This document shows positions 34,901 through 45,913 of a stretch of DNA of 64,000 bases, piece after piece (positions within the stretch are counted from its first letter, which is position 1; every line of letters begins with the position of its first letter). The stretch is taken from the NCBI RefSeq assembly GCF_018977255.1, contig NW_024704769.1:3906001-3970000 (forward strand). The letters are read 5' to 3'. This stretch comes from Callorhinchus milii. Lineage: Eukaryota. A model generated the notes under the pieces. The model did no database searches. It worked only from the letters and a program-made list of their open reading frames with translations, and was not told the DNA's origin. The position numbers were made by a program, and so were the translations under genes.

Positions 34901-36498
34901 CCCCCACTCTCCCCACCCAGTGTTGAGCTTCAGTAAGGGAGCTCTCGAGGGCCCGGTACTCACACTGTGCGATTGCGAACACCAGGTATCGCTCCTCCTG
35001 CAGCTCCTTGTGTAATCGGGGCGGCCCGAAGAGAAAGTGAGTGATGGCAGAGAGGCCGGTCCTTCTCACTGTTGGCTGGATCCTCTTCTGAAAATACACA
35101 CAAAATAGCAGACTCCGTCACACCCAGAGCAGGTCTCAACTCCGCAAACCCAGACCCCGTCACCTTCTGCTTCTCTGCTCACTTGACGTGTCCTTTGGTT
35201 ACACTTTGTAAGAGTCAGTGAGCGTGTTAACAACAACAATAATAATCCTTGCATCTTGATATAATGCCTTATCATGTCTGCGGCAGCCAACTGCTCACAG
35301 CAGTGTCCCACAAAGATTCGTGGATTGAGTGACCAATTTTTAAAAAAAACTTCACTACCCTGGAAAGCGATCAGCCAATCGACTAACCACCTGGGTTCCT
35401 ATTACTGCTGGGTAAACAGAGGTATGTGGGTTAAGGAAATCAAACCCGGGTCCTCTCGCTTGCGAGGAGAGGACTCTGTTCCACTATCAATTGGTTGGTG
35501 GCAGGTCTTCTAATCCCATTTCCTCATAACCTCTTTTAGTTTATTTCCCCTTAAAACACCCCAATCGTCTCTGCTACTACTTACTCTGTACTCAGAAAGA
35601 TCTGCGGTCTGAAAATGCTGAAGAGCCTCGTTGAAGGAGATGAGGGGTGTACATCCCGTTGTGTCGTCCAGACCTAAACACACAACAGTACAGTTGGGAT
35701 GGTTGGACGGCTCGAGTTTGTGGAGCTCTTTTCAGTGATCCTCCAAGAAGATATTTCAGTGCCAAAATCATATAATCCTTTGTAACTGCACAAAGCAACT
35801 CTTACCTTCTCGGTCGTCCAACTGAAACCCTGAAAGGAAAGAACAACCAGACAGTGACATTACAAGCTGTGCGCACAAGCTGCTCCCTTTCAATTCTGTA
35901 GCAACATTCATTACTGGCCTCCCATTTCAGTTCAGTGTCATATTCCTTCCTCTTGTAGACAAGTGGCTGAAAATTGAGAGCGGCGGAGGGGAGGGAAGGG
36001 GTGACCATAGACACGGTCAACGAGGAAGGTCTTCAGGCGCGACCTGAAGAGGGGGAAGGAGGGGGTAAGGTGGAAGGTTTGGGGGGGGGAGAGTTCCAAA
36101 GCTTCAGGGTGTAGTGACTGAAGGCGCAGGTACGTTTGTCCTTTGTCTAGATTTCACAACACGTCTTCACCCCAGTCAGTGGTGTGAGCCTGTCCCTCGC
36201 ACCAGTAAGTCAACTAACCTGAAGATCCATCTCTCACCTGTTTGTGCTGCCTCCAAAGCATCCCACTCAGCCTCTGCTTGTAACACCTCCAAACTCACCT
36301 CTGCTGAGCAAGAGAAGCAAACAAAAACAAATGGGTCGTCAGCAGGTTTCACAAATTGGAGGGAATGAGTGCTTTACATCACACGTAGTCACCGCTTTCA
36401 TAAGTATATTAGGCCCCCATTTTGTGCCAAGCCACATGCCACAAACAACCATATAGAGACTGACCAATTTTGGTTGGGGGATTGTTGGTCAGGATACT

Positions 36499-36533
<35 letters not shown>

Positions 36534-38459
36534 AACACCCTTCTCTTTTCCAATATTGTTACAGGATCTTTAACGCCTACAGACAACCAAGTCCCAGCTT
36601 CTGTCAAAGACGCTATGAACAGAGAGACTCACCTTTCTGTTCACACACATTGCCTCCAGCGGTGAGAGACTGTAAAAGACCATTTCTCTTCAATGCAGAT
36701 ATCTAGAGAGAAACCAAAGTGGATTTTAAGATTAAAAACTGTGAGAAAGGGAAATGCACAAACAACAATAATAATCCTTGCATTTGATACAGGGCCTTAT
36801 CACATCTTTGAGCCGTCTCAAAGTGTTTCACAGAATCTACTGTAAAATGAATAGACTGTATGTTTTGAGGACGAAATGCAGCAGCCAATTGAGTACAAGA
36901 GTATCCCACAAACAGTCATGGATTGAGTGACCGAATTGTATATTTATTTATTTTTGAAGAGATTATTACCTACGGAAAGCAATTCACCAATTGACTAACA
37001 ACCTGGTTCCTACTCACTGCTCGGTAAAAACAGTTGGAATAGTGATATGTGCCTAAGGTTTCGCCCTGCCTAGGAATCGTACCCAGGTCCTCTCACTTGT
37101 GAAGTGAGTGCTCTAAAGGTTCCTGCAGATTCCACCAGAATATCTCGCTTCTTATTACTTACCGGTCCAGATTTCAGCAGTGCTGTTCCATTGCACGTGT
37201 CTTCTGCCCCATGGGAGTACAAACACAAACCCAGCACACCCTGAAACACAGCGCAACAAACAGGTCTTCACCATACACACAACAGCAACAAACTGCATTT
37301 GCACAGCGCCTTTCAGGTCAGGAGGACGTCCCAAGGTGCTGGACTGTCAAGGGTTTGCACCCGAATCATCAATGTGTTTCCAGCACTTGCTCTGCTAAAG
37401 GGAAGTGTTGCTGTGATTTCAACCACCACCCCACCAACCACCCCCCCAATCACCAGAGAATTAATGTTAAGCACTTTCTGGGTTCACTCTCCTTTGAAGG
37501 ACACTAAAACCTTTGCAAGCGCCCTCGAGTTGTGTCAGAAACACACTCCAAACACTGAGTGAGAAACTCTCCACGCTGTAACGGTGTCCCCGGCCCCTCG
37601 CTCCCAACCTAGCTGTACGCACAGGAAAGTCACAGTCATTCACACCTACATTTGTGCTGTTGCTCTGTTTCAGGAGGGGATCTGGTGCACAGTTCCATTG
37701 GCCAGGGCAGTTCAGCACCTGCATGGAAAGAAAGCAGTTACTACATGAAGATTTCAGTGACTAATAGCACCAGAGGAGTTTCAGCAAACTGTGCCAGCAA
37801 ACACAAAGCCCTGTGGCTGGCTCCGTCCATCAAGACGCTGGGCTCTCAGGCTTCACACCACAGGGAAGAGCAAGCTTTTTGGCCGGCCACAATATGAATA
37901 TTCTCGATTGAATAATTTTTTGATTTATACCCGGATTCAATCAAAAAAATCCTTCAAAACGCAATATTGATTGAATGCGGTTTCAGCTAAGATCGTGTGA
38001 ATGTTCAGTGGGGTGGTGCGGGGGGGGAAGAGGTCGGGGGGCTTCTTGAGGATATCTCAGGAGCTACTTCTGGTCTGCGAGCCATGAGTTGGCCACCACT
38101 GGTGCAGACACTCAGAACCGACTCTGACCTCATTGTAAGGCAAGCGCTCGGCTCAGTGTACACAGCACTCAGGCCAGACACTGATCTCACTGCTGATGAA
38201 TGAGGTTGAATACTTTCAACTAATACTTTCTGGAATTAGGTAAGCAGGATGCATCCCACGACAGTTTGTTGGACACTGCCGTCTGCAATTGGCTGCCACG
38301 TTTCGCCCACAAAAGTCAATTTACTTTACAGTATATTCTATGATGCGCTTTGAGACGTCTCGAAGACATGATAAGGCGCTGTATCAAATGCAAGGATTAT
38401 TATTATTATTCACGTACCTCCTCCTTAAATTCAGTCCTGCGGATCTGATCTCCATCCAT
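31956..38459 (-). CDS. ELMOD3: ELMO domain-containing protein 3 (ARL2-type GAP), about 403-411 aa
   Basis: Exons 38459-38418, 37718-37650, 37240-37163, 36702-36633, 36303-36238, (optional 35829-35806), 35673-35585, 35087-34964, 34579-34457, 34117-33987, 33377-33301, 32631-32504, 32170-31956. All GT-AG with consistent phases. Motifs [47 protein letters not shown] (ELMO GAP motif with catalytic Arg), [20 protein letters not shown] and [15 protein letters not shown]. The first three coding exons rest on splice signals and phase only. Confidence 0.93.
36765..37115 (-). mobile_element. tRNA-derived SINE copy
   Basis: Full-length reverse copy. Confidence 0.85.
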
Positions 38460-39344
38460 TGCTCACACAGCTTCCTGTATGGAAATGGCCTTGGTGTTTC
38501 TCGGGGATATTGGGTAGGCTTCTGGCCGTAACAAGTCACAACTATGGGGGTCGGGAGTCTATCAAAGTCCTCAAATCCCCACTCGACAAAGTGTTAGGAG
38601 TTCAGGCTGGGAGGGAGCCAGCGCTGGGGGTATCTAACCCTTCCCGGTGAGGCTAATCACGTTAACCTGCACCCAGATCAGCTGGCACAACATCTTGGCG
38701 GTTACACAGCCCCCAGGCACACTAGGGGGGACGGGGTTCACTGCTCACATCGGCTGCTGCTCCTTGTTCAGTGGTGGAACAGCTCAGCTCAGGATGTCAC
38801 GACTTGAGATAGCACTGGGTGAGCTGTGGTGATAAGCTTCCGCCAGTGCCTCACCCACACAGCCTGAAAATGAATTGAAACAGAGAACATAGTTATATTA
38901 TTTGCGGGTTGCGCTTGGCAAAGGGAAAACTTATCTTATTTCTCTTACTTTATTTTCGCCCAAACACACACTCCTCCTTACAGTCTATTCTGTGAAGAGC
39001 TTTGAGACATTTCATCAACGTGATAAAACACTATATTAAATGCAAGGATTATTATTATTACTCAGGCCAGAGGGATTTCACCTCGAGTCAGAGAAGCACA
39101 AAGAGCACACCAGTCAGCCTAAACCTGCTGCACTGCATCTCATAAAAGATGCAGATCTCACACTCACAACAATCAACAGCTACAAGCTCTCATTAAACTT
39201 TTACCCCGACACAACTTATTTATAAGGATCAGGAAATAAATCCTTAATTACTGCTCTTGGATCAACCCTTTCATTAACGTTAGATGGAGCATATGTATGT
39301 ACATGGCTTGATGTTGTGCAGTTGCAAACGAACAGAAATCCTGT

Positions 39345-39680
39345 ATCTTCGTGGTTAGAGCACTTGCCTCGCAAGCAAAAGGTAGAAGGTTTGATTCCCG
39401 GGCAGAGCAAAACCTTATGTTTCCTTATTCCACATGCCCCCTTACCTGGCGGTAAGTAGGAACCTGGTTGATAGTCGACTGGCAGATCGCTTTCTGGGAG
39501 TTATAATCCCTCCAAAAAAAAATGTGGTCACTCAATCCACGACTGTTTGTGGGACACTGTTGTCCGCAATTAGCTGCTGCGTTGCACCCACTAAACGCAT
39601 CACAGTATATTCTGTGAAGAGCTTTGAGGTGTCTCAACAACATGAGGCACTATATCAAATGCAAGGATTATTATTATTGT
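39345..39680 (+). mobile_element. tRNA-derived SINE copy
   Basis: Full-length forward copy. Confidence 0.85.
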
Positions 39681-42161
39681 AGCAGATGTAGGAGGACATC
39701 TCAAGCCATAAAACGCTCACTGTTCTGCCAGACATCTCGGAGTTTACACAGCAGTCAGTAACAACCCCATCCCCCGCCTGCTCAAGATGCCAAGGACCTG
39801 TTCAAAAAGAGAAGGGAGTTTTGCTCTCTCTCCCGGTGTCCAGGCCGACCATACCCCCCCCACCCCCCACCGAGACAAAATCAGTTACTCACTTCACGGC
39901 TGCTTGTCGGACACTGAAATGTGCAAAATTGGTGCCTGTAAAAGATGGTCATTACACTCTACAGTGAAATCCCGTGAAGCGCTTTGAGACGTCCTCCCGA
40001 TGTGACTGGCGCTGTATCTAATGCAAGGATTATCATTATTATTCTCACTGCAGCAGTTGGATTCGGAGGAACATGTGATGCGTTCTCAGCCTGTGTCTGA
40101 GCTCAGGTTTACTTCAGGTCATTGCTGCACTTGTCATCCCTTCTCCAGATACCTCGCATTATGTCATCGCCAGCCTATTAACAAGCGGCAGCAGCAGTCA
40201 GGAAACGCAGCAGACATTTACATCATCCAGTCATTTACTGTAACTCCGGTTGTCATCACAAACTATACGCAGAATATATATATACACACAATAATAATCC
40301 TTGCTTTTTTCTTTACAATATTTTAAAATTTACTTTAATAATAATCATCCTTGCATTTGCTATGGCGTCTTATCACATCTTCGAGACGTCTCAAAGCGCT
40401 TCACCAGAAAATAATGTGAAGTGAATTGGCTGTATATTTTGTGGGCGAAACGCGGCAGCCAATTGCGCACAGCAGCGTCCCCACAAACAGGGGCATCCTG
40501 CTTACCTAATTCCGGAAAGTATTAGTTGAAAGTATTCAACCACATTCATCAGCAGTGAGATCAGTGTCTGGCCTGAGTGCTGTGTACACTGAGCCGAGCG
40601 CTTGCCTTATCGTGAGGTCAGAGTCGGTTCTGAGGGTCTCCACCAGTGGTGGCCAACTTGTGGCTCGCAGACCAGAAGTGGCTCCTGAGATATCCTCCAG
40701 AAGCCCCCCGACCTCTTCCCCCCCCCCACCACCCCCCGAACATTCACACGATCCCAGCTGAGTCCGCATTCAATCAATATTGCGTTTCCAAGGATTTCCT
40801 CGATTGAACTGGGGCATAAATCAAAAAAATTCAGTCGAGATTGTGTGTTTTGTGGGCTAACCACTATGCTATGGGAGTCCACATCTGACAGCACAGGGAA
40901 CATGGAAACATCATGACAGACCAGATAACATCAGGCATCCAGGAAATCAACAGGTTGCCTGGACACCTCTACTGAAAGCAACACTGAGTGTCCTGTGAAC
41001 AAAGAGATGCCGAACTATTTGCCGTCACGCAATACAGTTGACAAGCAAAGGGCTGACAAGGAAGCATCGAGACTGGGGGCACAGATGCTGGAAGCATCGT
41101 CGCGAGCAGGGTTCAGGAGCACTTGCTCTTGTACCCTGGTTGCCATACAAAAAGAGGCCGTTGTCTAGATTTTGGTGGCCAAACGTTCACGCACTTTGTG
41201 TACATCTGTGCCATTCTTTCCACACTGGTGTCTGAGAGAGAGTGTGTGTGTGTGGTGGTGGTGGTGGTGGTGGTGGGGGCTCTGTTCCCCCAGGGACAGA
41301 ATTCTATTCTCACAGCCTGAGGAGAAGCCAGATGAGAACCTGGAGGCTGAGGAGCCCTGCCCGGCTGCCCGGCCTCCCGGCTGCCCTCAAACTGTAAAAT
41401 TTACTTCAATTGGCTGCTGTGTTTCACCCACAAAACATACAAGTCACTCCGCTTTGCAGTAAATCCTGTGAAGCGCTTTGAGACGTCTCGACACCGTGAT
41501 AAGCCCGATATCAAACGCACGGATTACTACATATCATTAATAAATGCCGCGAAGGTGACAGCCCAGGAAACAAGAGAGGAGAGACACGGGCCCCGAGCCG
41601 CACGGCGACAGGCAGTCAACTTGGCTACTGTTACTGAATCAAACACTCGCCTCGCAGGCAGGAGGACCAGGGTTCGATTCCCAAGCTTCCTTATGCCACA
41701 CGCCCCTCGTTTACGTCGCAGTGAGTAGGATTCCCGGTCGTTAGCTGATCCACGGATCGCCCTCCGGAGGCAATTAATCCCTTCAAAAAAAAAAAAAATG
41801 CGGTCACTCAATCCACGACTGACTGTGGGTCGTCGCTGGGGCACAATCGGCTGCCGCGGTCCCCCCCCCACCCCCATAAAATACAGTCACTACACTTTAC
41901 AATGTATCCCGTGAAGCGCTTCGAGACGTCTCAAAGCCGCGATACCGAACGCGAGGATTATTGTCATTAAAAATATCCACAGACTTTACAAACTGTCCAA
42001 TAATACTGAACTGTGTGGCATTAATCCTCGATATCCCCAGGACATGGCTCCCCTTGTGACAAACTCCGGCTTTTATGACACTCGCTGAGCCTTAACTGTG
42101 TGTAAACTGTAACATTAAAACATTTTAAACTGTTAATTACCCCCAAAATGATGTTCTTTAC

Positions 42162-42460
42162 CTCTCACTCTCTCTCTCTCACTCTCTCTCTCTCTTCAGC
42201 TCCAATCTCAGCTGCTGTTTAACACAAGACCGGCAGTGCGCGTGCGCAGCTCGCACGGCTCGCCGGGAGTTGCAGTCCACGTCACGCGGAATCACACACC
42301 ACCCCCCCCGGCCCCGGACAGGACTACAACTCCCAGCGCGCACCGCGGCGGCCCCGTCTCCTTACGAGACGCTGCTCCGAGACTGGGCGACGGAAGCCGA
42401 CAGCGGTCGAACCTTAAGCTTAACGCCAATCGCGAAACTTAATTGGCTTCCTGTCCAGCT
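42162..42460 (-). promoter_or_regulatory. Probable ELMOD3 promoter and non-coding first exon
   Basis: Small CpG island. ZNF143/SBS-type ACTACAACTCCCAGC at 42323-42337, NRF1-like TGCGCGTGCGCA at 42237-42248, CCAAT near 42426. Minus-strand splice donor (ctttac|ctc on +) at about 42161. Confidence 0.65.
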
Positions 42461-42759
42461 GCTATAGCCATGGCACCCAACCCAACCCAACCGGTGGGAA
42501 CCAACAAAGGTCCCAAGACCAAATGAACTCTTTCCTCTCCTTCCTCCCCCCCCCACCCCCACCCACCCCACCCAAAATACAGATTCACGGAAATAAGGTG
42601 ACAATAATAATCTTTGCGCTTGTAATCCCCGGTTGTTAGTTGATTGGCAGATCGCTTTACGGGGGTTAATAATCCCTCCAAAAAAAAAAGCGTTTGGTGA
42701 CTCAATCCAGAACTGTGTGTGAGGACGTTGCTGTGTGCAATTGGCGCTACATCAAATGC

Positions 42760-42922
42760 TGGATATTCAAGGCTGAGGTGGACAGATGTTTGTTAGCTCA
42801 GGGTATCAAGCGATATGGGGTAAAGGCGAGTGACTGGAGTTGAGATATAGATAGGACACGATCTTACAGAATGGTGAAACAGGCTGGAGGGGCTGAATGG
42901 CCTAACCCTGTTCCTATGTTCT
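42760..42922 (+). mobile_element. CR1-clade LINE 3' tail
   Basis: ttcaaggctgaggtggacagatgtttg...ggagggctgaatggcctaaccctgttcctatgttct. Reverse fragments at ~6727-6790, 34340-34420 and 54375-54450. Confidence 0.75.
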
Positions 42923-43516
42923 TGTACCTCTATTGTACTCCTGCTCCTACATATTATGTTATGTTAATCTATACAGTAGATGATTGCATTTCGTAGAATT
43001 ATAGAATCTTACAACACATTCTACCCATCTGTGTCGGCTCTTTGAAAGAGCTACCGACTAGTCCCGATCCCCCCGACTTACCCCATCGCCCTACAAATGT
43101 TTCTTTTTTATCCAATTCCCTTTTGAAAGCTATAGTTTAATTTCTCCTCGAATAAACTGTTCAATCTCCTTTGTGATTCTAATGAAAATCAACTGCAGTT
43201 CCTTGTGGATCAAGACAAATTGAAAAGACTTGCTCCCAAGTGATTTCCTGTTGGGGTCTGAGCCAAACCTGTGAAAATGTTGGAAAGTTTCTGAATGGCA
43301 GGAAACATATTGTTTCCAGATCCAGTTGGAGATAATTCGCAGAAACACAAATGAATAAAAACAAAGTTTCATGTGGTTTTCAATGCAACCAAAACTATGC
43401 TGATTATAACCAAAGAATGGTTTCAATCTGAATCAGTACTTCAGAATCATCTGATTAGCAGCAGTGAATGAGAACAGAGCAATACAGGAAATGGTGTTCG
43501 TTTAGCGCAACAGATA

Positions 43517-43970
43517 ACAACAACTTGCACTCACACAGCGCCCCTCACGCAGGGTTGTGTCCCAGAGCGCTTGACAGTGGCGGAGTATGACGCCGAGCCG
43601 GGGGGAGGTGACTGTCGGCGCCATCGAAGTGGAAGGTCTTCAGGCGTGACCTGAAGATAGGGAAGGGGCAAGGCGGAAGGGTAGAGGAAGAGTGTTCCAG
43701 AGTTTTGGGGCACAGTAGCTGAAAGCACAGCCACCGATGGTGGAACAGAGGGCTCGAGGGACAAGCAGAAGACTGGAGCCAGTTGAGCGGAGGCAGTGGG
43801 TAGTGTGTTGGGGAGTAAGCAGGTGGGAGAAGTAGGGGGGTAGGTATCAGAGCATGAAAGGATTTGAAAACAAATGTGAGGATCTTGAAATTAATCCGTT
43901 CGCCAATAGGGAGCCAGTGGAGCCTGGCGAGGACTGGTGTGATGGGCGTACGGAGTTTAGTACGGGACAG
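43517..43970 (-). mobile_element. L2-clade LINE 3' fragment (about 450 bp)
   Basis: Reverse strand encodes degenerate ..HWLLLANGLISRSSH.. / ERINFKILT-like L2 ORF2 C-terminal segment plus tail. Confidence 0.8.
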
Positions 43971-45504
43971 TGTGAAGATATTGTTGCCTCACTGTAGAAC
44001 AAATGTGCTCTCTAAAAAATAAATCCTGTATCTCCTCTTGCTCCAGTCTATGAGAAAAAGATCAGAGATTACATCGCAGGAGAAATTACAGCCATTTTCA
44101 GCTAATCCAGCAATACGGAAATTTCCATGTGTAAGTGGCAGACATCTGTGGAACTCTCAGCTTGGTTTGGAAACTTGTCAACATGGGTTTCCACATGTGT
44201 CAGACATCCGACTGACCAAAAATTCAGCCTATCAAGTCTAATAATAATTCTTGCATTTGACAGAGCACCTTATCACGTCAGCCAATTGTGTACAGTGGTG
44301 TCCCGCAAACAGTCGTGAATTGAGTGACCACATTTTTTTATTAAAAAAGGGATTACTACCCCCAGAAAAGCAATTCGCCAATCGACTTAACAACCAGGTT
44401 CCTACTTCCTGCTAGGTAAACAGAGGCGTGAGGAGTAAGGAAACTTGCCCAACGTTTCGCCTGACCCGGGAATCAAATCCAGGTCCTCTCATTTGCAATG
44501 CGAGAGCTCTAACCACTAATCTACAGCACTCCACTTTGAGATGCTTCGCACAGCATTTTAGTGTTGACCGATGTTTTTGTAGTCTTATTCATCATCATAG
44601 AAGCGTATCCTTTAAGGAACTGGGTTAGCCAGTGTGACCACAGACATTCCAGATTCATCCTGACTCAGCTGATTCCATCTCACAAAATTCACTGAGCAAA
44701 TTGTACTCAAAGTGAGTGGAAATCAAACTGCGAAGCCTAGCATTCAGATGAATTTTTCACGAATTTAAAATTTGAGGCAATGTCTTAAGGCTAAGATGCT
44801 CTTAATGATCTTAGGGCTAAGACCACGAAACTCAGCTTCAGATCTCTAGTTGGGCATCAAAATTTCACCCCAAAATACACAGTGACTCCACTTTACAATA
44901 TATAATGTGCCTAATACTTTCCAGAATTGAGTCAGCAGGATGTGTCCCTCTTGGGAGGGAGAGAGAGAGCGCATTCCATTCCAACAATCTATCTCTGGGA
45001 TTTCCATGTGTAGGTGGGAGGCTTGGAATTCTCAGTTGGGTTTGGAGACTCTTAAGCATCATGTTGGTTTTCCACATGCGTCAGATACCCGGCTGACCAC
45101 AAAAAAAATATACATTCTGTGAAGCGCTTTGAGATGTCTCAGCAATGTGACAATGCGCTATATCCAATGTAACGATTATTATTGTTACTATAATGCGCAT
45201 TGACACCTTTACGGTTTTAGCCGTGTCTCTGCTAACATTGCCAGATATTGGGTCATACGTTATTAAGGCAAAATACTTGGCAGCTAAAGCGCTGTCTTGT
45301 AAACAAGCTTAACTTCTTCAAGATGTCTCAGCCGCCAAACTGTAAATATAAAGCAGTCTGTCTTGGGGAGAGGTCAGCTGGAAGGATAGTTGATGCACAC
45401 ACAGACACCCATCTCCATGCTTAAGAATCTTCCAACCAGACCACTGAGTGCTCTGTATGAAACTACTCGAGAACACACTTTACCTTCACTCCCTTTAAAT
45501 ATAT

Positions 45505-45913
45505 AATAATCTTTGCATTTGACATAATGCGTTATCATGCCTTCGAGACATCTCAAAGCCCTTCACAGACTATGTTGTAAAGCGGATTGACTGTGTATTT
45601 TGTAAGTGAAACCCAGCAGCCGATTGCACACAGCAGTGTCCCACAAATAGTCATGGATTGAGTGACCAAATTATTTGTATTTACTTATTTACTTTTTGGG
45701 GGGGATATTTATTCAATTCAATAATATTTATTACTATTACCTCTGGAAAGCGATCTGTCAATCGACTAACAAGCGGTTCCTAGTTACTGCTGGTAAACAG
45801 AAGCATGTGTGTGGAGTAAGGAAACTTGCATAAGATTTCGCTCTGTCGGGGTATCGAAGCGGAGTCCTCTCACTTGCAAGGCGAATGCTCTAACCATTAC
45901 GCTATAGGTCTCC
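45505..45913 (-). mobile_element. tRNA-derived SINE copy
   Basis: Full-length reverse copy; further reverse copies at ~48210-48560, 49085-49440, 50635-50985, 56160-56450 and 61370-61710. Confidence 0.85.

Noticed and set aside
38190-38230. CTGATGA followed by a short hairpin, a possible hammerhead ribozyme core
   Set aside because: No GAAA core after stem II and no recognisable stems I/III. An Infernal search would be needed to exclude it formally.
43130-43426. 98-aa intergenic ORF between ELMOD3 and AEBP1
   Set aside because: No recognisable domain, no supporting splice structure and a non-ATG start; consistent with a chance ORF.
43517-43970. Possible autonomous LINE
   Set aside because: All L2 and CR1 pieces in the window are 5'-truncated 3' ends under 0.5 kb with frameshifts; no RT or endonuclease core is present.
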